Source of the DNA: a virus
IMG/VR virus record: IMGVR_UViG_3300017917_003852
Coordinates: 14,425 to 78,424 of that record
Length of the DNA: 64,000 bases
Reading direction: 5' to 3' (one strand)
Position 1 is the first letter of the stretch; each line of letters starts with the position of its first letter. A model generated the notes under the pieces. It worked only from the letters and a program-made list of their open reading frames with translations, ran no database searches and was not told the DNA's origin. The position numbers and the translations under genes were made by a program. This document shows, in pieces, positions 8,781-18,175 of the stretch.

Positions 8781-9068
8781 GATTATTCCTCTACAATTTG
8801 AGTTTGACGCATATATAGAACAAAGGCAAAAAATACACTGCCTACAATATCAAGCCCATTGTACCTTAGGGCTTGATAACATTCACTATAGGTTGCAATA
8901 CGAGTCATTATTCCACCTCAAATTCTTTATACTTGCGCCATTCCCACTCAGTGGGCTCGACTTCCTCAGACCATACCAGTGCCTTTGCTTCGTCGTCAAA
9001 CACTCTCTCAACATAGTCCCAGAATTCAACACCATTAGTGCAACTTGTAAAACCGATATACACTTTCA

Positions 9069-9368
9069 TCACATTGACCAATACGATTCAGAAGAAGGCG
9101 AGCAGTAGTACGGAGTATCATAACGCTCTTGGAACTTCTGGCCCGACAGCAGGTTGTCGCGAGTCACATAAGTTTCAAATACCTTTGCAACGAATCCAGC
9201 CATTTCAAAATCACGCTGGACGGTAAGGATGTGAGCCTTGGTAGTAGGTGCAAAGTCAATTACTTTTTGGAAACGCAGACCCACTCGGTTACGACCATAA
9301 CGCTCGTCTTTTTTAATACGACGATCGGCTTTGTACAGTTCAACAGTATAAGCGGTAAGCTTGGACAT
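9069..9368 (-). CDS. conserved phage hypothetical protein
   Basis: Ends TPYYCSPSSESYWSM; GGAG SD. Confidence 0.7.
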   Translation of the reverse strand: MSKLTAYTVELYKADRRIKKDERYGRNRVGLRFQKVIDFAPTTKAHILTVQRDFEMAGFVAKVFETYVTRDNLLSGQKFQERYDTPYYCSPSSESYWSM

Positions 9369-9400
9369 TTGGTACGCTCCTAATTAATTACTATAAACAT

Positions 9401-9458
9401 ATTATAGCAAAATGGGTCTTTTTGGACAACCGTTTTATTTGTTGCAATTTTAGCAACA
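9401..9458 (-). promoter_or_regulatory. early promoter plus upstream palindrome
   Basis: TTGTCC-17-TATAAT; TGTTGC-N7-GCAACA at 9440-9458. Confidence 0.8.
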
Positions 9459-9471
9459 AAGTATTAGTTGC

Positions 9472-9759
9472 TTATTCAGCAACAGTTAGCATATTAGCAG
9501 GAACATTCCAAGTGGTAAAACCTTCGCGTACCTTGACATTTTTAATGTTAATTTTAACAACCGCACCTTGGTGGGTACGTCCAGTTTTGGGGTGTGTGAA
9601 TTTAACAACATCACCAAGCATAAGCGAACGTCTTGCATCTTTAGTAACTTGGGCACGGCGATATTTAATAGCCGATGCGATGCTATTCAGCTGTTCGTTA
9701 GTAAAGTTACCAAACATAATTGCTGAATTAACATCCTGAATAGAAAGTTGCGACATCAT
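9472..9759 (-). CDS. SH3/KOW-like small protein
   Basis: LMLGDVVKF...GAVVKINIKNV...WNV. Confidence 0.65.
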   Translation of the reverse strand: MMSQLSIQDVNSAIMFGNFTNEQLNSIASAIKYRRAQVTKDARRSLMLGDVVKFTHPKTGRTHQGAVVKINIKNVKVREGFTTWNVPANMLTVAE

Positions 9760-9786
9760 TAACTCCTAGTTAGTTACAGTTCTAAG

Positions 9787-9834
9787 AGTATAACAAAATG
9801 GGCAATTTAGGTCAAGTGTTGTTTTTATGCAACA
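9787..9834 (-). promoter_or_regulatory. early promoter plus palindrome
   Basis: TTGACC-17-TATACT; TGTTGT-N6-GCAACA at 9817-9834. Confidence 0.75.
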
Positions 9835-10190
9835 TGAAAGATAGGATATACTGCATCACTGCCAGGCATGCCGTTCCATACGGTGCGTACAATAAGAATT
9901 TTATGTTGTTCGTGTAGCAGTTGCACGCCTAGTGCTATATGATTGGTATTGTCATACAACCAAAAGTGCTGTCCTGCACCTAGTAGGCGTATTTTGGCTT
10001 TGGCTCGAGGAATTTTTGGAATAACTTCTTGAATTACAAAATCATCAACTTTGCGTTCGTGTGCTTGATCTAGTAAATGTTCGTCCAAGAATAAGGTATA
10101 GTCGCCAACATCTAGCCTCCCCACTACTTCAGGTCTGCGGCTAAAATATCTTACGGCTGTTTGTTTATTATCAAATTCATGAGAACGCAT
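9825..10190 (-). CDS. leader-bearing protein, possible RelE/DUF4258-like RNase fold
   Basis: MRSHEF leader; HLLDQAHER...LIVRTVW; TAAATA 4 nt upstream. Confidence 0.45.
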   Translation of the reverse strand: MRSHEFDNKQTAVRYFSRRPEVVGRLDVGDYTLFLDEHLLDQAHERKVDDFVIQEVIPKIPRAKAKIRLLGAGQHFWLYDNTNHIALGVQLLHEQHKILIVRTVWNGMPGSDAVYPIFHVA

Positions 10191-10193
10191 CAA

Positions 10194-11093
10194 CTATTTA
10201 GTTTTGTATTCTTCAAGAATTTGTTCAAGATCTTCTTGAGTTACTGTAGGAAAAACAATGTTGTAGAAATGCCATATTTTTTTTAGAAAAATTTTGTTAA
10301 ACCCATGATGAAATTCTGTATCGTATGAATTAATTAAAATATTATTTTTCTTTTCTGTATCTTTAACTAATTTGTCCAGTAGCAATTTAAAATTCTGTTC
10401 TTCAAATTTTAACCTACGTAATGCATGCATTATAAAAGATGTTCGAAAATGTAAAACATCTAATTCATTGATTTTAGCTTTTTTTATAAAATTAGTGAAA
10501 TGTGCTAGATGCTTAGATTCTTCTTTAATAAATTCTTTAAAAATTTGTTTTTTAATTGGATTTTTAGTATATCTATAAAACGACATAAATGAAGTAATCA
10601 AATAACTTTCCCCAGTTACTATGTCAGCTAGAAAACCAAATAAAGTTCCGCGATCCCAATTGCTAAGTTCCGACCTAACAAGTTCTTGACAGGTTGGATT
10701 ATAATAGTCAGGTTGATAATTACCGGGCTTTTCTTCCATTTTGTCAATGATAGCCCCAAATAATTCTCGGTGCCGTAATTCGTCGCTAATAATTACTTCA
10801 AAATTTTCTTTAAAAGATTGTAAGTCGGTAGGAGATAAGTGCTTATAATAATGATCTAACTCTCCGTTGTTTAATCTTTCTAAAATAGAATCATAAAAAA
10901 TCGAAGCAGTACTTTCTCCATTAAAACAAAAAATTAACCAACTATTGTAACATGATTTCTCGAATAGTTTTGAGACAGTTGCTGAACTGAGACTATTAAT
11001 CCCAGGAAATAAGTTCTCATGTAATTCAAAAGGATCTTCGGCAGGAAACTCGCATTGATCTATTAGACCAAAAACACATTCAGTATTAGACAT
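10194..11093 (-). CDS. ferritin-like di-iron protein
   Basis: Paired E...ExxH ligands: GES, DELRH, GES, EESKH. Confidence 0.7.
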   Translation of the reverse strand: MSNTECVFGLIDQCEFPAEDPFELHENLFPGINSLSSATVSKLFEKSCYNSWLIFCFNGESTASIFYDSILERLNNGELDHYYKHLSPTDLQSFKENFEVIISDELRHRELFGAIIDKMEEKPGNYQPDYYNPTCQELVRSELSNWDRGTLFGFLADIVTGESYLITSFMSFYRYTKNPIKKQIFKEFIKEESKHLAHFTNFIKKAKINELDVLHFRTSFIMHALRRLKFEEQNFKLLLDKLVKDTEKKNNILINSYDTEFHHGFNKIFLKKIWHFYNIVFPTVTQEDLEQILEEYKTK

Positions 11094-11101
11094 GTAATTA
11101 C

Positions 11102-11305
11102 TTATTTTTTAGAGCGACCGCTCTTCATATTTGCACACCAATGATACATTTTGGCTCGCTCACCACTGGCATTTTTAGCACGTTGGCGTAAATCAGTAAC
11201 GGATCCCGAACAACTAGCACCAGCACGTTTAACGCGACCAGGACGGCTCTTACCTTTGATCTTACCATCGGCAAAGTTTTCTGTAATAAACTCGTATGCT
11301 CTCAT
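11102..11305 (-). CDS. small basic putative virion internal protein
   Basis: MRAYEFITE leader. Confidence 0.7.
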   Translation of the reverse strand: MRAYEFITENFADGKIKGKSRPGRVKRAGASCSGSVTDLRQRAKNASGERAKMYHWCANMKSGRSKK

Positions 11306-12387
11306 GAGCGTAACCACAATACAAAGGGATCATTTACTACAATAGTTCCATCAGCTCTCTGCATATAATTTCCACCGTGTAAATCTATTGCGAATCCTTG
11401 ATCCCTACCAAACTTTGCAACTGTATGAACAGTATCTAATAAATTTTTAGTATTCACTGGCCCACCTAGATATTTAATAACTTTCTTTACGGTGTATGGA
11501 TCAATTGTGCGTTTAACTTCGTTGTAATATTCTCTGCGAGCCAGATCTTTAAGAGCTTGATTAAAGTCGCCATTGGCCATATGATCTATTGCTAGATCTA
11601 TATAACCGACTAAATGCTTTACTTGATCTGGTAATTCTTTTAAAGGTTCCATTCTAGCTTGAATGTAATTCTTACCACCAAATTGAAAACTTTCAAATCC
11701 TGAAAATTTTGGTAAATGCGGATTATCTGTGTTTGCATTACAGTAATCAATCCAATTTATGAACATACGCTGGTCGGGACTAAAATCTTTATGACCTTTA
11801 CGATAGCCAAATATGATCAATACTTGTCCAGTACCTGGCTCTAAGTATGCTTGTTTGTCGATGCCACTACCTAAGTATTTGTAACCTTTATCCATTAATA
11901 CTTTACGAACACCGCCGTGTATTTCTCCGGCCATTTCATCAATCGTATTCCATGCACCCGTAGATTTATCTAATACCTCAGCATCACCAGTGCGTCCTGC
12001 GGTCCAACGTGGTAATTTTTCTTGTGGAATTCTAACTTGTGCATTAGTTGGAATATCCTTCCAAGGGCGCCCAAAATAACCTTCAGCGTCTCCTTGGCTC
12101 CAATATTTTGTATCTGTGTCCCAAGTAGTTTTTCCAGGATTAGGATTTTTTTCAAAATAACCTGATTTTTTAGCTGCCGCTAACTCTTCTGGACTCATGT
12201 TTCTATATACATGAGTTACATCGTCGGGACTTCCAGGTACTCGACCGCCGAACATTCCGCCCTTGGGTTGATCAATATAATTTTTTACCTTAGGGGCCTG
12301 ACCCGCTGCATAATCAACAGCATCCTTACCTAGTTTCCATAACCAGGACCGTAGTCCGCCTTCATCTAAAAAATCATCTGCTCTCAT
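11302..12387 (-). CDS. leader-bearing fusion: ART-like domain plus kinase-like domain
   Basis: MRADDFLDE; HVYRNMSPEE...YWS; YLGSGIDK, DLHGGNYM, VNDPF. Confidence 0.6.
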   Translation of the reverse strand: MRADDFLDEGGLRSWLWKLGKDAVDYAAGQAPKVKNYIDQPKGGMFGGRVPGSPDDVTHVYRNMSPEELAAAKKSGYFEKNPNPGKTTWDTDTKYWSQGDAEGYFGRPWKDIPTNAQVRIPQEKLPRWTAGRTGDAEVLDKSTGAWNTIDEMAGEIHGGVRKVLMDKGYKYLGSGIDKQAYLEPGTGQVLIIFGYRKGHKDFSPDQRMFINWIDYCNANTDNPHLPKFSGFESFQFGGKNYIQARMEPLKELPDQVKHLVGYIDLAIDHMANGDFNQALKDLARREYYNEVKRTIDPYTVKKVIKYLGGPVNTKNLLDTVHTVAKFGRDQGFAIDLHGGNYMQRADGTIVVNDPFVLWLRS

Positions 12388-15299
12388 CTTGCTGGCACAA
12401 TCGTAAATGGACCGCGATCTCTAACATCGCGAGGTGCAGTAGTGGTCATCCACTGTCTTGCATATTGGTTAGCGTCGCCTTGGTTTGTGGTGTTAATAAA
12501 CGAATACACTTCTTGATCGTTACGATCTAATATTAACCAACGTGCATTACCCGGTGGCAAGCTACCTGTACCTTGTGCTTGATTTACCGGCTCAGCTTCG
12601 ATGTTTCTAATGTAATAACCATTGGCGTCTAATTGCCTACGCACATAGTCCATAGCAGCATTGGAATTCGCTGCTGACACAGTTACATTAGTAGTTCTAC
12701 CATCTGTTCCAGTGTAAGTTACACGATATCGTTCTTGCCCAACACTACCAGCTGGAACCGGTTCTCCTGTTGTTGCTGGTATTGCACGTTGTCTTGCAAG
12801 TTCTGCACTGCTACCGGGAATACCTCTACCCTCTATACGACGCCAACCATAAGTTTCTGTATCATCATCTATACCGCGTCCTGCTAACCAATCAGAATAT
12901 TTTCTCGATGCTTCTTGATCTGTATTGGCAATAAATCTAAACACAGGACGATATGGTACTGTACTACGATCTACGATTTCGTAATTAGCGTCAGAACTTT
13001 GTTCGCCACCAACCGCAGGGAAGTCACGCCCTGCACTAGCAGGTTGGCCACTAAGTAAGTATGCACGATTTTGTTCCATGTCGATGATACGAATATCTTC
13101 GCGAGGAATTCCGCGTCTATTCCTTATATTATCTGCTATAGTTTGAATATAAGTCCATGTGCCTTGCTGCCCAGGAAGTAATACTTCACCGTCGTAATTA
13201 TTAATGATAGAATAAATTGCCGGACCTGGTCTATTGGTGCTGCCGGATTCTCTTGATCGCATCTGTGGGCGAACATAAACAGGATCATCAAATCCTGTTT
13301 GCTCTTGCCATCTTGCAGCATGACGCTCGGCGTCGGCAACCAAATTACCAATACCACTTATAGTATGAACAACTTCATTAGAGTTTCTACTTACTACTTC
13401 CCAAGTGCCGGTAAATTCTTGATCTTGGCTTCTTGGTGTTTGCTGTGTATGTCTTTCTACGCGAATGTCAGCAAATGGCACATAGGAGAATCTACCTGGA
13501 TGTTCCATAGTCGCTATTTGTCGTGCCGCATAGTCTGATGTGGCACGAACTACTACTCCGCGTTCTCTGTCGTGTTCAGGATAAACCAAATAGTCTCGTG
13601 CATTAGAATCTGGCTCATTCGCTTCAATTGACGCAATTTCTAATTCAGTAGCTGGTCGTTGAGGTACTGCACGCCATCCTCGTGTAAATTCTTCCACGGA
13701 TCGTCCTGCAATGTTCAGACTCCACTTTAATATAGCACGAGCTTTAGCTTGTTCGGGACTGGTAGCAATGACTTCGGTACCTTGGCTTTGGTAAGGCGAG
13801 TCTGGAGAACCAAACACCATCCAAACAAATGGTACATCTAAGTTTGCATCGCCTTGTTGTTTTCCAATTTGTCGCTTCTGCTGAATTTGTCGAACAAAAC
13901 TCTTTAGTGCTTGCTTAGGCAATTCACCAGCTGCATATTTGGCAAAGTATTGAATACTATCATCTTCTTTGCCTTGTGTTAAAGTCTTATATAACTTTTT
14001 GTAATATTCTTGTTTATATTCTTCGGGCTTGGTAGCAACATCTAATGCCACCACAGCTCGCAATAGTGTGTTCTTAACATTACCTATACTGCCGCTACCG
14101 CTCATCCAGTCTCCGCCCGGACCTCGGAATTCAATCCACTTGTCACGATTATTAATACTGGTAAATTTCTCTGTTGATCCGGTGTGTAGTATTTTGCTGG
14201 CTAATTGATTAAGACCACCTTGGAACTGTCTCATCATTTCTTCAACACGATCTGGATTGTTTCGTGCTTGCAACACAATTTTCTTTAGCGCAGATTTACA
14301 GTAAGTATTACCTTCACGACCAAATTGTTCAAGAACGTAATTGTCGCCTAAGAACATGGCCAACTTTACATAATCAAGATTCTGTTGATTAGGAACGCTA
14401 ACATTCATATGTAAGCCGGTGCTGTCATTAGTATAAGCACCTACTCTATTAGCCCACTTTATCACCTTATCTATATCCGACAGCATTTCGGGAACGGTCA
14501 ATGGAGGACTAACGAACTCTAAGCCAGACTCACCATCGTCACCGTGTAAGCTACCATCAGGTTCTACTACATAATGCCCAGGTCGTCTTGTGGCACCATG
14601 ATAGCTAGATGCAGAATTCACCGGACGATCTATTGCATTACTAAAATCATCAGCTATGTCATCGATGCTAGTTCCACCGCCACCATAATAGTCTGGCTCG
14701 GTCCAATATGGCCATTCTAGATCATATTCGTTAGCAAAGCTTGACATATATTCTATGTCTTCCTCTTCTAGATATTCTACAAATCGATCGTCGGCTTCGT
14801 CATTAAATTCATCTAATAGCTGCTCGCGAATATCGTCTTCGTGTTCGTCGATGTATGCTCGAAGAGCGATTTCATATTCTTCAGTGGTGTCGTAATCGCC
14901 TTCACTTACATATTCTGTGGCAATTTCCAGTGCTCGCTCATTCCCAGAGTCAGAATCCATCCACTCGTTGAACTTTTCATCCATCCAGCCCCAGAAGTTT
15001 TCATTGAGTTCATCAATTTTTCTTTGGATCACCCCGGTGCTGCTGCCCATCGAGCCGCCACGGAAGAAACTAATGACATCTCTCGCCCACCCGGGTCCAG
15101 TAGGAAAACTCTCATCATACTCGTAGTCAGGTTCAGATTCAAACTCATCTTCTTCATCACCAAAATAATTCGGAACAATCAATTCAAATTCCATGCCTAC
15201 TCGAGCATCAATATTTGCTGCCATTTTTGTTAAATTAGTTGGGCTCATATTAAGCTCAAATAATTCATCTTCACTTAAATTAAATTCGCGATATCTCAT
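12384..15299 (-). CDS. putative amidoligase (COOH-NH2 ligase) with C-terminal repeats
   Basis: GMEFE, EPDGSL, GLEFVSPPL, STGLHMNVS, IEFRGPG; MRYREFNLSE leader. Confidence 0.8.
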   Translation of the reverse strand: MRYREFNLSEDELFELNMSPTNLTKMAANIDARVGMEFELIVPNYFGDEEDEFESEPDYEYDESFPTGPGWARDVISFFRGGSMGSSTGVIQRKIDELNENFWGWMDEKFNEWMDSDSGNERALEIATEYVSEGDYDTTEEYEIALRAYIDEHEDDIREQLLDEFNDEADDRFVEYLEEEDIEYMSSFANEYDLEWPYWTEPDYYGGGGTSIDDIADDFSNAIDRPVNSASSYHGATRRPGHYVVEPDGSLHGDDGESGLEFVSPPLTVPEMLSDIDKVIKWANRVGAYTNDSTGLHMNVSVPNQQNLDYVKLAMFLGDNYVLEQFGREGNTYCKSALKKIVLQARNNPDRVEEMMRQFQGGLNQLASKILHTGSTEKFTSINNRDKWIEFRGPGGDWMSGSGSIGNVKNTLLRAVVALDVATKPEEYKQEYYKKLYKTLTQGKEDDSIQYFAKYAAGELPKQALKSFVRQIQQKRQIGKQQGDANLDVPFVWMVFGSPDSPYQSQGTEVIATSPEQAKARAILKWSLNIAGRSVEEFTRGWRAVPQRPATELEIASIEANEPDSNARDYLVYPEHDRERGVVVRATSDYAARQIATMEHPGRFSYVPFADIRVERHTQQTPRSQDQEFTGTWEVVSRNSNEVVHTISGIGNLVADAERHAARWQEQTGFDDPVYVRPQMRSRESGSTNRPGPAIYSIINNYDGEVLLPGQQGTWTYIQTIADNIRNRRGIPREDIRIIDMEQNRAYLLSGQPASAGRDFPAVGGEQSSDANYEIVDRSTVPYRPVFRFIANTDQEASRKYSDWLAGRGIDDDTETYGWRRIEGRGIPGSSAELARQRAIPATTGEPVPAGSVGQERYRVTYTGTDGRTTNVTVSAANSNAAMDYVRRQLDANGYYIRNIEAEPVNQAQGTGSLPPGNARWLILDRNDQEVYSFINTTNQGDANQYARQWMTTTAPRDVRDRGPFTIVPAR

Positions 15300-16654
15300 T
15301 CTATAATCTCTGGATGTTCTTTGCCGTATAATTTCATCAGGTAGCCGGCTACGGCATCGGCTTCTTGTTCTATAGGTGATCCCGGATAACTTTGGTCACC
15401 ATGCACACGACGATCCTCGTGTTGCTTACGATGTGTTAATTCATGTGCCACGGTACGCATTATGTCAATCATGTTTCTGTTACCAGTGTAAATCCACATG
15501 ATATCTTCTGCATCGTCATAGTATCCAGTACGATGTTGATCTGGTCCTTCCTTAGCATCCTGGAATCTAATTTGAGGAAGTTCTTGTTTAATCTTTAATT
15601 TTTTTACGCACCAGTGAATAAAGTCACGTAATTGTTCTTCATGATCACGGAATGTGCTTTCTGTTAAATTATCAGCACGAGTGAATGTATCTACTATTTT
15701 ATAATGCTTGGGTCCTACTAATTCAAAGTCATACTTGTCATCGTCATCTATATTAAAAGGACGAAGAAAATGCTTTGTCTTACGCTTAATTGCTAACGCA
15801 CCGTTAGGAGTAAATCCTGTTTGCTCGAGGTCTGCACGATAAACTCTACCCATCGCACCAATTACCGCTAAATCAACTTTATAACCTTGCTTCAACAATC
15901 TATCAGTAATGGTAACAATCTGGCTGATTCCTTCACCATCATCACCATCCCGGTCGTCTAAGAATTCATTAACCTGTGTTTCCGCCACACCTTGCTCACC
16001 GTGACGAATACTACCGTCCTTCATCAACTTTAAGTTGAGATTGTATTGTTTATTGTCGTGCTTGACTTTGTTCATACGACCTGCTTTGAAGCCTTTGGCA
16101 AAGTATTGTTTATACATTCCATCGTGTTGGGTGTGCCAATAGTTTATCTTCATAGCTCGTTCTAATGTTGCACCATCAGCAAGACTTACGCCTTTAGTGA
16201 AACCATCCTCTTGTGCCATCTTGGCAATTTCTGGACTAAATCCTTCATCGTCATCATCACCGTTGAGTCCATCTGGAGCGAATTCGTTTAACTGTGCATT
16301 GAAAATTAACTCCGCAAGTCTAAGAGCATTGTCTCTAGTTTTTGGAATAGCTACACCGGCTTTGCGGCCTCTGCCGAATCCTTGTTCATAATCAAGCAAA
16401 TGAATATTAACAGTAGGGTATTCACCTTGACGACCAACTACACTGTAAAGCATTGCACCATTGCGAGATTTGTCTTTTGGTTCAAACTTCACACTAACTT
16501 GTTCAGGTTTTTCTCTATCCTGTCTTGTATATCCACGACCTAAATATTGCTCTATAATATCAGCAAATTCAGTTAGTGGAAAAGAGTCAGGATCGTCTCT
16601 GCCACTATCACCGTTGGTGTCTAAAAATTCCCTTAAAAAATCACTTGCTCGCAT
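15296..16654 (-). CDS. modular putative virion protein with C-terminal zincin metallopeptidase
   Basis: MRASDFLRE leader; RTVAHELTH...EQEAD. Confidence 0.7.
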   Translation of the reverse strand: MRASDFLREFLDTNGDSGRDDPDSFPLTEFADIIEQYLGRGYTRQDREKPEQVSVKFEPKDKSRNGAMLYSVVGRQGEYPTVNIHLLDYEQGFGRGRKAGVAIPKTRDNALRLAELIFNAQLNEFAPDGLNGDDDDEGFSPEIAKMAQEDGFTKGVSLADGATLERAMKINYWHTQHDGMYKQYFAKGFKAGRMNKVKHDNKQYNLNLKLMKDGSIRHGEQGVAETQVNEFLDDRDGDDGEGISQIVTITDRLLKQGYKVDLAVIGAMGRVYRADLEQTGFTPNGALAIKRKTKHFLRPFNIDDDDKYDFELVGPKHYKIVDTFTRADNLTESTFRDHEEQLRDFIHWCVKKLKIKQELPQIRFQDAKEGPDQHRTGYYDDAEDIMWIYTGNRNMIDIMRTVAHELTHRKQHEDRRVHGDQSYPGSPIEQEADAVAGYLMKLYGKEHPEIIE

Positions 16655-17531
16655 TTCTTTTTGCCTTTTCTTGGTCGTCTTGACCTTTTAAGTATTTGTT
16701 AAATTGATTTGCTATAAATTCATTTTTTTTACGTTCTGCATCGGTAACTGTATCAGCAGCCATCCTAGCACTACTCATTACACCAGATCTAATCGCTGGA
16801 TCTAGCGCAGCGGTTCTCAATGATTTATCTGTTAAACGATCTAGAATACTAGTAAAGCTTGGTTGTCCTCTTGGTATTTTAGTAGGAACCTGGGCGCCAA
16901 CATTTCCTCCAATGTCAGAAATAGGTCGCGGACTCATTGAGTAACCTCTATTTACAAACTTATTAGACAAATCAGCATATTTGCTACTAGCTTGTCTATA
17001 AGCAGCCGGTCCGCCAAATTGCTGTATTTCTTTATCTATATTGCTATAGCTAGGAGGTTCCATTCCGTATTCTTTTCTAAAGGCTTTAGCAGCATGAAAC
17101 TTTGCTGTTCCTTCTTCGCGACCGATATTTTTAGCAGTTAAAGGATTATATGGATGTGGCTTATTAGCAAGATCGTATCCTATATCTTTAATTTTACCAA
17201 CAGTATCTTTAGCAAGTTCCGGTGCAACTGTAGCTGATTTTGCTGCTGCATCTGCTGCTGTTCTTGTACCTACATTCCTTGCTAATCCTGTAACACCTTG
17301 AACTACTTTTTTACCTAAACCAGCAAAAGGAAATAAAATATCTTCGGGACTGATTAAGGGTGCTTCTAATCCAGGCTCGATAGGCCAACCTCGTTCATCT
17401 CTAGGTAACGTAACATTTTTACCGCGGTTTTCCGCCGATGGCACATACCCTTGTGGCATCCAGTCCTTTTGTAACTCTTTTCTTGCAGCCTCTACATCGT
17501 CGGCTTCATTTATAAATTCATGAGCTCGCAT
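16641..17531 (-). CDS. putative virion internal protein
   Basis: MRAHEFINE leader (start 17531). Confidence 0.65.
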   Translation of the reverse strand: MRAHEFINEADDVEAARKELQKDWMPQGYVPSAENRGKNVTLPRDERGWPIEPGLEAPLISPEDILFPFAGLGKKVVQGVTGLARNVGTRTAADAAAKSATVAPELAKDTVGKIKDIGYDLANKPHPYNPLTAKNIGREEGTAKFHAAKAFRKEYGMEPPSYSNIDKEIQQFGGPAAYRQASSKYADLSNKFVNRGYSMSPRPISDIGGNVGAQVPTKIPRGQPSFTSILDRLTDKSLRTAALDPAIRSGVMSSARMAADTVTDAERKKNEFIANQFNKYLKGQDDQEKAKRNASK

Positions 17532-18171
17532 TGTCTTTATCCTGTGGCCCGGCAATCATCTTGCCGTAGTCTTTACTCTGTATATTCTGTGGTTCGTGCT
17601 CACGCTGTCCTTTTAATATTTCAAAAGCTCGACGTAATCCACGGGCCACCGTATCTAGGCCATTTTCATCTGCTTGATACTTAATACCAATACCTCCCGA
17701 TTGTTCCCATTCGGTAATTACAGTATTACGATCATCAACTAGTATATTCGGCGTGCCGTCGGCTTGTTTAGCGTATTTTCCCTTGCGGGGAGTAATAATA
17801 ATTTTATTAGGCTGTGGATCTAGGTTTTCAGCAATCCAAGCACGTTTCATTGCTTCGCTGTTTTTGTGATCACCACGTAATGGGCTAGAGCAAATATTGT
17901 AAGATCCAAATACTTGTACGGCCATTGCTACTAATCTATCAGCTGATGCAAATTTAGGCAGTCTATAGAAGAAATCTGTACCAACCATTTGTTGTATAAC
18001 GGGCTCACGCTTTTCTGGTGGAATAGCGTGATAATCGTATCTTCCTTGTGTGTTAGGTGGTACTCCAGCTAATTTTGCATATTCTGCAAAGAAATCAGCT
18101 AATACACCGTCCATATCTAAGAATATTTCTGGACGTCCGTGAGATTGTTGTTCTAGTTCAAATAAGCGCAT
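17518..18171 (-). CDS. HAD 5'(3')-deoxyribonucleotidase family
   Basis: IFLDMDGVLADF, CSSP, K...ILVDD; MRLFELE leader. Confidence 0.85.
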   Translation of the reverse strand: MRLFELEQQSHGRPEIFLDMDGVLADFFAEYAKLAGVPPNTQGRYDYHAIPPEKREPVIQQMVGTDFFYRLPKFASADRLVAMAVQVFGSYNICSSPLRGDHKNSEAMKRAWIAENLDPQPNKIIITPRKGKYAKQADGTPNILVDDRNTVITEWEQSGGIGIKYQADENGLDTVARGLRRAFEILKGQREHEPQNIQSKDYGKMIAGPQDKDNASS

Positions 18172-18175
18172 TTTG

